A stretch of 64,000 nucleotides of DNA from the NCBI GenBank assembly GCA_964571255.1, contig CAZNAA010000002.1:28746-92745 (forward strand), given 5' to 3'. The notes below the pieces were generated by a model. It did not search any database. It was not told where the DNA came from and saw only the letters and a list, made by a program, of their open reading frames with translations. The stretch is from an uncultured Gammaproteobacteria bacterium (lineage in GTDB: Bacteria; Patescibacteriota; Microgenomatia; Levybacterales; UBA12049). The position numbers and the translations under genes are program-made. Of this stretch, positions 1 to 9,166 are shown piece after piece; position 1 is the stretch's first letter, and every line of letters begins with the position of its first letter.

Positions 1-204
1 CAAAAAGCACTCCTCTCAGTTGTAGCAGATAGAAGAAATATTCCATTCATTACTACCTTTGAATATTTAAACCCTCTTTTTGGAATCTCGCTTTTTTATC
101 TCCCAATTTAAGTGATATTTAATATCTATCAATACTACTTAATATCAACTAATAGATCACTACCGAGTGGGAAGATAGCAGGTAAAAGGAGAATATCAAT
201 AAAA

Positions 205-1077
205 CTACTTGCCAGATTTCTTTTGAAAAAGGATACGAAGTTCTGCAAACCAGGTTACGCACACCAACTTGATAAATGACAATAGAGCTACCTGCCTTTT
301 CCATCTCCATGGCTGCTTGATGAGTCGATACAGCCACTCAAACCCAATAAAGCGAATGAGAAAAGGAGCTCTTTTGACCTCTCCACTAAGAAAGTCAAAG
401 CTACCTCCTACTCCCATCGCTACACGAATGGGAAGTATTGGAAGATGGGTATCAATCCACTCTTCCTGCCTTGGAGCTCCAAAGGCAACAAAAAGGATAT
501 CTAGCTCTTTCTTACCTTCTTTATTTCCCGAGGATAATTCGGCAATTGTTTTTTTTACCTCTTCCATATTCCCGAAGTTATCTTCAACTAATCTTTTTGA
601 GAGACTATCAGGAAGCCAGACTCCACTTTCCCACTCCTCACCAAGAAAGGAAACTGTAAGAGATGGGAAGGCAAATTGTAAGCACTGAGCTACTTTGAGT
701 GCTACGTTTTTTCTACCCCCTAAAAAGCCTATTCTAATAGGCTTTATTGCCTTTTGAGTACTGGCTCTCTGAACAAGATTTACCATGAAATCCACCCCAG
801 TTATCCTATACAGGAGTGGTCGTGCGAGAATCCAGCTTGAAATGATTAACCCACTCCCATCAGGAAGAAGGATTGAGCCTCTCTGAAGTATCTCTTGGTA
901 TGCTTTATCCTTTGTTGCTCTGACAATAATCTCAGGGTTTGGGGTATAGATAGAAAGCTTTTTATCAGTATTACCCAATACGTTCAGTATATACTCTAAG
1001 ATATCCTCTTCTGATGAGGAAGTAATGGGTAAATTAAATAATGTATTTTTACTTAATACGTTCATATTACTATACAT
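205..1077 (-). CDS. WecB/TagA/CpsF family glycosyltransferase
   Basis: TPNPE, LPDGSG, RITGVDF, FVAFGAPRQE, GVGGSFD, KRAP and EWLYRL motifs. Confidence 0.9.
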   Translation of the reverse strand: MYSNMNVLSKNTLFNLPITSSSEEDILEYILNVLGNTDKKLSIYTPNPEIIVRATKDKAYQEILQRGSILLPDGSGLIISSWILARPLLYRITGVDFMVNLVQRASTQKAIKPIRIGFLGGRKNVALKVAQCLQFAFPSLTVSFLGEEWESGVWLPDSLSKRLVEDNFGNMEEVKKTIAELSSGNKEGKKELDILFVAFGAPRQEEWIDTHLPILPIRVAMGVGGSFDFLSGEVKRAPFLIRFIGFEWLYRLIKQPWRWKRQVALLSFIKLVCVTWFAELRILFQKKSGK

Positions 1078-1290
1078 CTTTCAGTGGTCTACTTCACTTA
1101 TCTCACTGATCATTCTTGTTCACTTTTACTACTCAAATTACATGCCTATTTTATAAAATCTAGCTCTACGATCCGCTTAGCTCATGTATGTGTTTATATA
1201 TTACTATATAAACACCATCCTTCTCCTCTTTCTGTGAAAATGATGACAACACAGAGAGCACACAAACAGAATAGATTCCTATCGGACTAT

Positions 1291-2349
1291 TTATTTCCTA
1301 TTAATACTTCTCTTATAGAGCTCAATATTTTCAATAGCAACTCCAGTTCCCCTCGCAACACAAAGCAAAGAATCCTCAGCAACGTGACAAGGAACTCCAG
1401 TTATTTGAGTCATTAACTTATCAAAGTTTTTCAGAAGTGAAGTTCCCCCACTCATGACAATCCCTTTATCAATAATGTCACTGGCAAGCTCTGGTGGACA
1501 CTGCTCTAAGACACTTTTTGCTCCCCCAATCATCTCCATCAGAATAGGTTGGATAGCATCACTAATAAGTCCCTCATCAACGACAATAGTTCGAGGAAGA
1601 CCGGTGATATTATCTCGTCCTCGCACTTCAACAGATTTAATCTTTTCACTTTTACGCACTTCTTCGGTTACCAATGCATTTCCTATCTCAATCTTAATCC
1701 ACTCAGAAGTTGTTTCTCCAATGAGAAGATTAAACTTCTTTTTAATAAATGCCGCTATGGCTTCATCAATTTTGGTTCCTGCTACTCGGATTGAGCTGTG
1801 TACCACAACTCCACCAAGGGAGATTACTGCAGACTCTGTGGATCCTCCCCCAATATTGACAATCATATGCCCTGCAGGTTGAGCAATGGGGATTTTGGCT
1901 CCAATAGCTGCAGCAAGCGGTTCATCAATAAGGTAAGCTATTTTGGCTCCAGCTGACATCGTGGCATCCAGAACTGCTCTTCTTTCAACTTGCGTTACTC
2001 CACTGGGGATACATACCATAACTTCTGGTTTAATAAAACGAGAAGACCCACAGGCTTTATCAATAAAGTAAGAAAGCATCGCCTCAGTAATCGTATAATC
2101 AGCAATCACTCCATCTCGAAGAGGACGAAGCGCAATGACGTTTCCTGGAGTTCGCCCTAACATTTCTTTGGCCTCTTTCCCAACCGCCACCACTCGATTC
2201 TCCTCAGCTGTTACCGCAACTACAGTTGGTTCGTTCAGAACAATTCCTTCTCCTGCAACATAGACCAATGTATTAGCCGTTCCTAAGTCAATACCAATTC
2301 GCTTGGGGGTAAAAAGAGAGGAAGGAATAAATGAAGAAAAGTCTAGCAT
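1291..2349 (-). CDS. mreB: Rod shape-determining protein MreB (actin-like ATPase)
   Basis: IGIDLGTANT, RPLRDGVI, EPLAAAIGA, IGGG, GRD..TGLP motifs. Confidence 0.93.
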   Translation of the reverse strand: MLDFSSFIPSSLFTPKRIGIDLGTANTLVYVAGEGIVLNEPTVVAVTAEENRVVAVGKEAKEMLGRTPGNVIALRPLRDGVIADYTITEAMLSYFIDKACGSSRFIKPEVMVCIPSGVTQVERRAVLDATMSAGAKIAYLIDEPLAAAIGAKIPIAQPAGHMIVNIGGGSTESAVISLGGVVVHSSIRVAGTKIDEAIAAFIKKKFNLLIGETTSEWIKIEIGNALVTEEVRKSEKIKSVEVRGRDNITGLPRTIVVDEGLISDAIQPILMEMIGGAKSVLEQCPPELASDIIDKGIVMSGGTSLLKNFDKLMTQITGVPCHVAEDSLLCVARGTGVAIENIELYKRSINRK

Positions 2350-2467
2350 AGTAATAAAAAAAGAGTACCACCATTTAAGAAATGTTGCAAGAATACTAGG
2401 TCAAACTACTATGTTTGTCTATCAAAAATAGCTGAATGGCAGAAGTCTAGAAAAATCTAAAAACGTG

Positions 2468-2743
2468 TTATTTTGAATAGACCTCATCATGCGTTCCAAT
2501 ATCGGTAAATAAAACTGTCTCCTCGTTTAGAACGGTATATATCATTCGAATACTCATAGTTATTGAAATACTCCAGAGTACGTGTGAACCACCTGAAATT
2601 TTATGAAGTCGTAAAGAAGGATGAGTGGGGTCTATTATAAACAGTTTTAGTTTTTTTTGAATTCTTAAAAGAAGTTTCTGATCTTTTTTAGACGCTTTGT
2701 TGAAATAATCTTCAACACGAGATGAAAAAACAACTTTTTTCAC
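2468..2743 (-). CDS. Type II toxin, RelE/YafQ-like mRNA interferase
   Basis: 91 aa, basic, HPSLRLHK...WSISI...RMIY...DIGTHDEVY; overlaps the upstream small ORF by 4 nt. Confidence 0.8.
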   Translation of the reverse strand: MKKVVFSSRVEDYFNKASKKDQKLLLRIQKKLKLFIIDPTHPSLRLHKISGGSHVLWSISITMSIRMIYTVLNEETVLFTDIGTHDEVYSK

Positions 2744-2991
2744 TTTTTTTGGTCAAAATATGTATCTAAATCAGTTACCGTTTTTAAAGAAGGAAGTTCT
2801 TTTAAAGCATCTTTCAAGGCTTTCTTTGTTCTTTCAGAGGCGTCAAAAGTAGGTATCTCATCCACTTCTTTAATAATTAAGTGTTTGACATATTGTGTCA
2901 CTGGCAAACCTACATTTGCTGCCTTTTGCTTTAATAGCTGATTCAGTTGTTCAGATAAACTAAGACGAATTTGTATTTGTGCTGTAGCCAT
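2740..2991 (-). CDS. Putative antitoxin (RHH-like N-terminus)
   Basis: 83 aa, IQIRLSLSEQL..LKQKA...GLPVTQYVKHLI; coupled directly upstream of the toxin. Confidence 0.7.
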   Translation of the reverse strand: MATAQIQIRLSLSEQLNQLLKQKAANVGLPVTQYVKHLIIKEVDEIPTFDASERTKKALKDALKELPSLKTVTDLDTYFDQKK

Positions 2992-3115
2992 AAATCACTC
3001 CTATTGTACTTATTTTAGCCTTATTCTACCCCTTTGTCAATCTCTCTTGAGGAGTGTGAACCTCATTCATTACATTGACTTGTTTGCAAATAAAAAAACA
3101 GGCTATAATAGAAAG

Positions 3116-4351
3116 ATGAAGAAACAGTTCCTACTCTCTTTCCTTATTCTTCTTATCCTTATTGCAATCACTTCAAGTGTTGTTTTATATGCCAATGGCT
3201 ACCGCTTCAATACCGCTAATGGGAAACCAAGCCTAGATAAAACCGGCATTCTAAACGTTGCCTCCCTTCCCAAAGGTGCCCAAGTCTATATAAATGGCAA
3301 CCTCACCAGTGCCACCAATAATGCTATTAACCTAGCTCCTGGTAAATACACCGTTACCATGAGTAAGGATGGGTATAATAATTGGCAAAAAGACATGCTA
3401 GTTCAGGAACAAATTGTGGCCAATGCAGATGCAACTCTTTTCCCCAGTGCTCCAACTCTTCAGAGTATCTCAACAGTTGGCGTCTTCTCACCTCTTATTG
3501 ATCCTTCAGGAACCAAACTGGCCTTTAAAATCGCTTCCCAATCAGCTAAAAGAAATGGCATTTATGTACTCGATATGACCAATCGAATTTTCCCAGTTCT
3601 TGCTCTCCAGTCCTCCTCAACTCAGTTAGCAGATGATACTGAAGCAGACTTTTCAACAGCTCGGATCAGTTGGTCACCAGATGGACTCCAAATTATGGCG
3701 AGTATCCCCTCTAAAATCTCAACGACAAGTGCCACAACCTACCTTTTGCAAGCTAATACCTTTAACGAAACTCCAAAAAACGTTACTGCTACTCTTCCAA
3801 CAGTCATATCAGAATGGGATCAAAAACTGAGTGAAAAAGAAAAAGCACTCTATGACTCCTATCCCCAAGCAGTGCAGCGTATCATTACAGAACACATGAG
3901 GATTTTGGCCGTATCTCCTGATGATACAAAGCTTCTCTATATGGCCTCCACCTCAGCTGAACTTCCCCTTATCCTTTCTCCTCGCCGGATTGGCAACAAT
4001 TTATTATATGAAAATAGATCCCTTAAAAAAGACAGTATCTATGTCTATGACATTCGAGAAGACGTAAATACCAAAATTCTGGATATTGCACCTCAAGAGC
4101 CGTGCATGAAGGGAGAATTGGATTGTTTATATCCATTAACGTTTATGCCTGATAGCAAGCATCTTCTCTATATGAATGATAGGAAAATTAGTATTGTTGA
4201 AACTGACGGGTCCAATATGACGCTTATCTACGCAGGACCCTTTATTGAACCCTACGTCTATGCCTGGCCAGATGGATCCAAGATTGTTATTATTACTAAC
4301 TTGAATAACCTTACTATCCCACCAACTCTTTATACCATTGGGATCAGATAA
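3116..4351 (+). CDS. PEGA-domain membrane-anchored protein with TolB-like beta-propeller repeats
   Basis: N-terminal TM; GILNVASLPKGAQVYING...PGKYTVTMSKDGY PEGA motif; WSPDG/SPDD/WPDG repeats. Start moved to ATG 3116, 6 nt after TATAAT. Confidence 0.8.
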   Translation: MKKQFLLSFLILLILIAITSSVVLYANGYRFNTANGKPSLDKTGILNVASLPKGAQVYINGNLTSATNNAINLAPGKYTVTMSKDGYNNWQKDMLVQEQIVANADATLFPSAPTLQSISTVGVFSPLIDPSGTKLAFKIASQSAKRNGIYVLDMTNRIFPVLALQSSSTQLADDTEADFSTARISWSPDGLQIMASIPSKISTTSATTYLLQANTFNETPKNVTATLPTVISEWDQKLSEKEKALYDSYPQAVQRIITEHMRILAVSPDDTKLLYMASTSAELPLILSPRRIGNNLLYENRSLKKDSIYVYDIREDVNTKILDIAPQEPCMKGELDCLYPLTFMPDSKHLLYMNDRKISIVETDGSNMTLIYAGPFIEPYVYAWPDGSKIVIITNLNNLTIPPTLYTIGIR

Positions 4352-4353
4352 CT

Positions 4354-4929
4354 ATGGAAACTGGCCCTTCTAAGGAGATACCCTCTGTTGCCTCTCTTAT
4401 CACGACAGCCTTAGCAGAATATACTCCCGGTATTCCTTTTGAGAGAACGGTTGATTACCAAGGAGTACCTATTACTATCCGTTTAACAGATTCACAAATT
4501 GACGTTCAAGCGCACTCATCTGAAACGGTCTATCACTACACTGCTAATCGAAAAGAAGACACGATGGATCAATCTTCCCGCTTGGTCATTCTTGATGAGA
4601 AGAGACAAGACAAAAGAGGCCCTCTTCCCCACCTTACAGAGCTCACAGGACTGGCTCTCACCCATTTAGAACGAGATACCCCAGTACAAAAGCTCGCATC
4701 AGACTGGATGGATATGCCAACTCCAAATACACGAAATGTCAATTTCAATACCTATCAAGAAGCTAAAAAATCTCTTCCTCCCGAAGAAGCAGCTTTCCAA
4801 ACTCCTTCAGGAAAGGTAGCCAGACGATATGGCTTTACTCAGGTTGAGGTTACTGAAACAAGCTATGGACAAATTCCTGTTATTAGAACTCTTTTTTCCC
4901 GACCAACTCCCGATCCAAAGACCCCTTGA
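4354..4929 (+). CDS. Hypothetical protein
   Basis: 191-aa ORF starting 2 nt after the PEGA gene stop; no motif recognised. Confidence 0.6.
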   Translation: METGPSKEIPSVASLITTALAEYTPGIPFERTVDYQGVPITIRLTDSQIDVQAHSSETVYHYTANRKEDTMDQSSRLVILDEKRQDKRGPLPHLTELTGLALTHLERDTPVQKLASDWMDMPTPNTRNVNFNTYQEAKKSLPPEEAAFQTPSGKVARRYGFTQVEVTETSYGQIPVIRTLFSRPTPDPKTP

Positions 4930-4930
4930 C

Positions 4931-5013
4931 TTGACAACTATAGGATTTCTTGCTAGATTAGAGGAACATGTTTTTAAGCTTTTCGCTTGAAACTATGTAT
5001 TGCACTTTTACAA
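4931..5013 (+). promoter_or_regulatory. Cassette A head: sigma70 promoter, hairpin, boxA-like site
   Basis: TTGACA 4931-4936, 17 bp, TAGATT 4954-4959; hairpin acatgtttttaagc/gcttgaaactatgt; GCACTTTTACAA 5002-5013. Confidence 0.6.
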
Positions 5014-5203
5014 CACAGACTGATGACTCAGACCAAAAGTTTGAGTAGATACTAGAATGTGTATCAGAATACTGATTAATAGATCACTCAGCCACGATCA
5101 TATTGTGTATGCACCAAAATGCATATAGAGTGTGGTCGTGGATATGAAGGGTCCACGACACATCGGCCAATCTGGGCCAAATGAACTCCCTTCAGGAGGT
5201 TAC

Positions 5204-5413
5204 ATGGACGAGCAAAACGAACGTCTTATCCCAATGATTGACCCTAGCCTTCGCAGGCCGGGGTTTGGTATGCCGATGGAGCAGGAGGAAAGCCCGGCTT
5301 CCCCACAAGGAAGCCCAACCGATCCGACCCCTGATATGCTGGAGAGCGATCGCCAGCCGGACGGAATCGAGCCGTGGCTCCGCACAAATCATGGTGGCGG
5401 TGGGCCGCGATGA
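5204..5413 (+). CDS. Small acidic Pro-rich orphan protein (69 aa, MDEQNERL...)
   Basis: CAGGAGG SD upstream of ATG 5204; GC-rich; stop overlaps next ATG (ATGA). Confidence 0.55.
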   Translation: MDEQNERLIPMIDPSLRRPGFGMPMEQEESPASPQGSPTDPTPDMLESDRQPDGIEPWLRTNHGGGGPR

Positions 5414-5634
5414 GTGCAAACACAAACAAGGAAGGGCGAAACCCCGAGTGGGACCAGGAATGGCCGCCTGAAGAGACTGCACCTCTAGATGTGCGGTCCG
5501 CAAGGGAATTGGCCATGGGGGATAAATACCCCCGCCTTCCAGAAACGTCTCCCCGACAACGTGCCGAGGAAGATGAAGCGGGAGAATGGATGAATCCACT
5601 CTTCCCGTTGGCACTATCACAATTCCAGCGATAA
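5410..5634 (+). CDS. Small acidic orphan protein (74 aa, MSANTNKE...)
   Basis: ATGA coupling with upstream ORF; followed by a GC hairpin. Confidence 0.5.
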   Translation: MSANTNKEGRNPEWDQEWPPEETAPLDVRSARELAMGDKYPRLPETSPRQRAEEDEAGEWMNPLFPLALSQFQR

Positions 5635-5642
5635 CCTTTCTG

Positions 5643-5723
5643 GGGAGCCGGGACCGCCGGCTCCCTTCTAGTTATCAGATGGGAAATCATTTAGAGTAGT
5701 ATTTCTTTAGTAACGATTGCGTT
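5643..5723 (+). terminator. Cassette A tail: GC hairpin and C[GATTGC]G stem-loop
   Basis: gggagccgg-gaccg-ccggctccc 5643-5665; aac-gattgc-gtt 5712-5723 followed by T-run. Confidence 0.5.
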
Positions 5724-5837
5724 TTTAAAGAAAAATACACCTGAGTTTTTTCTTGTTTCCATCAGTCTGTTGTTTGTTCTACTCTCTTTCTTATTCTTTT
5801 CTTACCCCTTCATGCCTATAAATATAATTTTTCCCCC

Positions 5838-5925
5838 TTGCATTTTCACTAATTGGTCTTATAATACAGAAATACGTGTGGACTAGCACAACTAGTCCAT
5901 GAGTATAGTTCTTTAACAAGGCACA
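5838..5925 (+). promoter_or_regulatory. Cassette B head: sigma70 promoter, hairpin, boxA
   Basis: TTGCAT 5838-5843, 16 bp, TATAAT 5860-5865; tggactag-cacaa-ctagtcca hairpin; GTTCTTTAACAA 5908-5919 (E. coli rrn boxA is TGCTCTTTAACA). Confidence 0.7.
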
Positions 5926-6180
5926 AAGTAAGTAATAGATACGTATTTTCGTATCCACTTCAGAGAATTTATTTTTTTAGGTGTGTATTTTGTTGATACT
6001 TCGTAATCACCGAGCATGGGTATACTTCTTGTACCTATCCTCGGTGGTTACACGTGTGGCGAAAGCCATATACGTATCATTTATTGTTCACGCTAGGCTT
6101 CGCCTTGCGTGTAACCACCTGCTTCCAACGTCGGTGTTTTGTACGTTTAGTACCTGGCCTACGTAGGCAGAAGGAGGAGG
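5926..6180 (+). ncRNA. Candidate structured leader or ncRNA of cassette B
   Basis: Long stem gtaatcaccgag/ctcggtggttac 6003-6051; GAAA-tetraloop hairpin 6052-6075; further hairpin cacgc..gcgtg; ends at AAGGAGGAGG. Confidence 0.45.
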
Positions 6181-6397
6181 ATTTCACCTAACATAGCGCA
6201 GTTCAATCTGCCGTCTGCAACAGAAGCCTTCAACTGAAGGCCACCCAGAGACGGGTAAACTGCAGCGGAAGCGACCCCAGATCACCGGCCAGTTGTGTTC
6301 ATAAGCATCCTGACGTCATCGCCCCTGGCGATGACGATCAAGCACCCCCTGTTGGTTCCACGTGTACCTACGAATGGACGACCAAGGAGTGTGAGAG

Positions 6398-6520
6398 ATG
6401 ATGTCATACCCATGCCCAGCATTTCCAGGCGATGATGGCGACAGCGGGCATCCAATGCCCTATCCAGTCGAAGCGAACGGCAGCAACACCGTGCCCATCC
6501 CCGGCTTCCCGATCCCGTAG
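6398..6520 (+). CDS. Small Pro-rich orphan peptide (40 aa, MMSYPCPAFPGDDGDSGHPMPYPVEANGSNTVPIPGFPIP)
   Basis: AAGGAG SD 8 nt before ATG; translated by hand, below ORF-track cutoff. Confidence 0.4.
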   Translation: MMSYPCPAFPGDDGDSGHPMPYPVEANGSNTVPIPGFPIP

Positions 6521-6564
6521 TCACACGAAGGACACAGGCGGAAGCTGGGATTTGTCTCTCTGAG

Positions 6565-6653
6565 GTGGGTGGGGCGCGATGCGCCCTACCCACAAACAAT
6601 CTAAGAAAACCATTTTAAGAAATCAAAAATATCCTAACTCGGCAATTGCGTCG
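6565..6653 (+). terminator. Cassette B tail: GC hairpin and C[AATTGC]G stem-loop
   Basis: gtgggtggggcgc-gat-gcgccctacccac 6565-6593; cggc-aattgc-gtcg 6640-6653. Confidence 0.5.
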
Positions 6654-6811
6654 CTTTCTGGAGATTTTTTCTCCAAATGGCCCCTTTCTTATTTTGTCTT
6701 TCTTTGTGCCTGTCTAACCCTTAGAAATAAGACTTTGTTTCTAGAGATTAGGCATTTTGTTATCTCCCCTATTTTTGTTTCCAATTTATTTTTTCTCTAG
6801 ATTCTTCCCTC

Positions 6812-6897
6812 TTGAATTTTTTCCAAAAATGATAATAATACAGGAGACGGTTTCTTTACTCTTTTGTGAAAAAATCGATGTTCTTTAACAAGGCACA
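6812..6897 (+). promoter_or_regulatory. Cassette C head: sigma70-like promoter, hairpin, boxA
   Basis: TTGAAT 6812-6817, AATAAT 6834-6839; imperfect hairpin cggtttctttac/gtgaaaaaatcg; GTTCTTTAACAAGGCACA 6880-6897 identical to 5908-5925. Confidence 0.65.
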
Positions 6898-7170
6898 GAC
6901 TATTTTCTTGAATTTAGGAAGAGGAGGTATCGCGCAGCGTGTGTATTTTAGTACATAGGTTGTGCGGTCATCTCCTCTTCTGTAAACCAGTTGTTCCCCT
7001 GGGGGATTTGCCCATCCCCAGAAGAGGAGTAGACCGCACTCAACACTTTGGAAGTCCCCATGGCCCCATGCCAATCGGATGAGAAGAGTGTGTGGCGGCA
7101 CTCTTCTTTTTCGCAACGCGTGTTTCTGGTTGGAAGGCTGTCCAATCAGAATTCCTTCGCAAGGAGGAGG
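6898..7170 (+). ncRNA. Candidate structured leader or ncRNA of cassette C
   Basis: Long stem gtgcggtc..ctcctcttctg/cagaagaggag..gaccgcac 6962-7039; hairpins 7083-7106 and 7124-7151; ends at AAGGAGGAGG. Confidence 0.45.
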
Positions 7171-7326
7171 ACGTGGTGATTTCATATGGAGAGCCGGATG
7201 TCTCGATCCAGGGGAGGTGCCTACCCCTTGGTCGAGCACCCGGCACTCCTATCTCTGGTTTTCAGAGGGATAATACTATCGTATTGCAAAGGTTTTGCAA
7301 CGGAAATGGCGGCGTCCCTCCTGGTG

Positions 7327-7430
7327 GAGTGGAGTCGGAAGGCGAGCCCGACTCCACTCAAAATAATTCAAGAAAGAAAAACAATATCCAAGTAGGAAAG
7401 TGAGTTTTACTCAAGTAAACAATTGCGTTT
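7327..7430 (+). terminator. Cassette C tail: GC hairpin and C[AATTGC]G stem-loop
   Basis: gagtggagtcgg/ccgactccactc 7327-7359; aaac-aattgc-gttt 7417-7430 followed by T-run. Confidence 0.5.
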
Positions 7431-7486
7431 TTTTGAGGAGAGATCCTTTTTTACTCCGTGGCACGTTTTTTTTCCTAGTCTGTGCC

Positions 7487-8191
7487 TTATCCTTTTTTGG
7501 GAACTGCTGTTACATAAATTCTCTTCCACGTCGTTCCAGGAGGCCAACAGGTCTGCAAGATGAGTTTTTCCTCTGTCGTATGAGCATCAGTTAAAAACTG
7601 AACTTCATTTGCTTCTCCAACCCGCTGCTCAACTACTCTATAGTCATACCGTCTATCTTCAAAAAAGAGAGTGATATCGTCTCCCTTTTTCAAGTCTTTC
7701 AGGAGATAAAAAATGGCATTATATCGTCCTACATTCCAAAAATTATCCGTTGAGTGAGCGAAAAGATACGTATTGCCTTTCATTCCAGGAAAGACTGTCC
7801 CCTTAGCATGCGCTACTCCTTCTGTTAGGACAGGCAGGAACTCGTCCGATTTTTCTGGATCAATATTTGGAAAGATCTTAGCACTTGCCCCTATTTTTGG
7901 GATCAAAATACTAAATTGTGTATCAGATGGGATCAATATTTGCTCTTTGCTTCCAGATAAAATTTGTCCAAAGCCAATCGATGGAGTCGTTGCGGCACTT
8001 CTCGTAGCAACGTCAATATGTTCAATATCAGCAACCGCAAAGGTTACTCCTCTGTATTTAATCACTTGGTATTGAGCTTCGTAATAGAAAGCAGGTCCAA
8101 AGGTTGCCCCTACTCCATAGAGAGCAAAGAGAAGTAAAAAGTTACCAATTGTTCTGAGGATAAGATATTTTGTAATCTCTGACTTATTCAT
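7487..8191 (-). CDS. Sortase
   Basis: N-terminal TM; IPKIG..A.I, GVAH..GT..PG..GN.YLFAHS (His), LQTCWPPG (Cys), KR (Arg). Confidence 0.88.
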   Translation of the reverse strand: MNKSEITKYLILRTIGNFLLLFALYGVGATFGPAFYYEAQYQVIKYRGVTFAVADIEHIDVATRSAATTPSIGFGQILSGSKEQILIPSDTQFSILIPKIGASAKIFPNIDPEKSDEFLPVLTEGVAHAKGTVFPGMKGNTYLFAHSTDNFWNVGRYNAIFYLLKDLKKGDDITLFFEDRRYDYRVVEQRVGEANEVQFLTDAHTTEEKLILQTCWPPGTTWKRIYVTAVPKKG

Positions 8192-8271
8192 TCTCTTTTA
8201 TCATACTCAAAATTGGAGTATACTTGAAGAGGAAAAGTGACTAGAACTTACTAGTTCAAAGAAGATCTTTT

Positions 8272-8343
8272 GTCCCTGTAGCTCAATGGATAGAGCAGAC
8301 CCGTCCTAAGGGTAAAATGGAGGTTCGATTCCTCTCGGGGATA
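8272..8343 (+). tRNA. tRNA-Arg (CCT)
   Basis: Acceptor GTCCCTG/CGGGGAT, D-arm GCTC..GAGC, anticodon loop GT-CCT-AA, T-loop GGTTCGATTCC; CCA not encoded. Confidence 0.9.
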
Positions 8344-8351
8344 CGTATATT

Positions 8352-8894
8352 ATGAATGAAATTGAAGTAAAAGCCAAAGTATCAGATCTCCCTTCTCTTC
8401 TAAAAAAGTTAGAAGACTTAGGATGTATTCTTTCTTCTCCTCTTTCTCAACAAGACCGTATTTTTATTCCTATTGGTGCCTCTATCCCAACCAAATCAGG
8501 TGAAGCAGCACTTCGAATCAGAGAACAGAATGGAAAGTATCTCTATACTGTCAAACAAACGAAATCAAATGATTTAGATTGTATTGAAAAAGAAATGGAA
8601 GTTTCCAAAGAGCAATCAGGTATGCTTTTAGAAACATTTCCTCTTATTGGATTTAGAGAGGTAGAATCAGTATCAAAGGTCAGACGAAAAACAACCTATA
8701 AAGAGCTTGAGATTTGTATTGATGAAGTAGAGGAACTGGGGACTTTTATTGAAGTTGAGAAACTAAGTACGGAGGAAAATGGGGAAGAAGTTCAGGAAGA
8801 ACTTTTTGTCTTTTTAGAAAGCTTAGGAGTAAAAAGAGAAGAGCGAGCACTTCACGGATATGACATTCTTCTTCACCAAAAGCATACTGCTTAG
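8352..8894 (+). CDS. cyaB: CYTH-domain protein (class IV adenylate cyclase-like)
   Basis: EIEVKAKV, LRIR, EKE, K.RR, IDEVEELGTFIEVE, GY. Confidence 0.85.
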   Translation: MNEIEVKAKVSDLPSLLKKLEDLGCILSSPLSQQDRIFIPIGASIPTKSGEAALRIREQNGKYLYTVKQTKSNDLDCIEKEMEVSKEQSGMLLETFPLIGFREVESVSKVRRKTTYKELEICIDEVEELGTFIEVEKLSTEENGEEVQEELFVFLESLGVKREERALHGYDILLHQKHTA

Positions 8895-8908
8895 ATTAAG
8901 CAATGAGG

Positions 8909-9166
8909 TTATATTTTTTCGTACACAGTAGATCTATGCCCTGCTGAAATAACCGATATATTTTTATCCTTTTCATCGACAAAATAAATAATTCTAAATA
9001 CCCCAACCCGAAGTGAGTACATATTTGTCAGATTTGCTTTTAAAGGTTTTCCTGAAAATGGATCTTCTTTAAGTTCTTTTAATGCAGATATAATTGCTTG
9101 TCGATGCAATTGTTTAATTACTTTGAGTTCTCTTGCAGCAGGTTTGGTAATAATCAGCTTATACAT
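8909..9166 (-). CDS. Type II toxin, RelE/ParE family
   Basis: L.EDPFSGKPL...YSLRVGVFRIIY...GHRSTVYE. Confidence 0.85.
   Translation of the reverse strand: MYKLIITKPAARELKVIKQLHRQAIISALKELKEDPFSGKPLKANLTNMYSLRVGVFRIIYFVDEKDKNISVISAGHRSTVYEKI

Noticed and set aside
1835-1865. MreB phosphate-2 motif reads NIGGGST instead of DIGGGTT
   Set aside because: Minor substitution in an otherwise canonical protein; no functional claim can be made without an alignment.
6192-6401. Open frame in cassette B ending in ATGA overlap with ORF 6398
   Set aside because: No ATG/GTG/TTG start in the frame after the upstream stop; may be a relic but cannot be supported as a CDS.
5926-7170. Known riboswitch, tmRNA, RNase P, SRP or self-splicing intron
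   Set aside because: I could not find the diagnostic consensus of any of these by eye; an Rfam search is needed, so no family name is assigned.
5192-7246. Minus-strand ORFs across cassettes A-C (e.g. 5192..5620, 5244..5690, 6282..6599, 6856..7239)
   Set aside because: Expected in GC-rich sequence; promoter, boxA and SD signals all point to the plus strand.
4931-7430. CRISPR array or integron attC array behind the boxA sites
   Set aside because: No regularly spaced direct repeats, no cas or intI gene, and no convincing RYYYAAC/GTTRRRY attC pairs; shared sequence is limited to short motifs.
8219-8271. Hairpin plus GATCTTTT before tRNA-Arg as another boxA head
   Set aside because: The match lacks the conserved ACAA/GAAA 3' half and runs into the tRNA; too weak.
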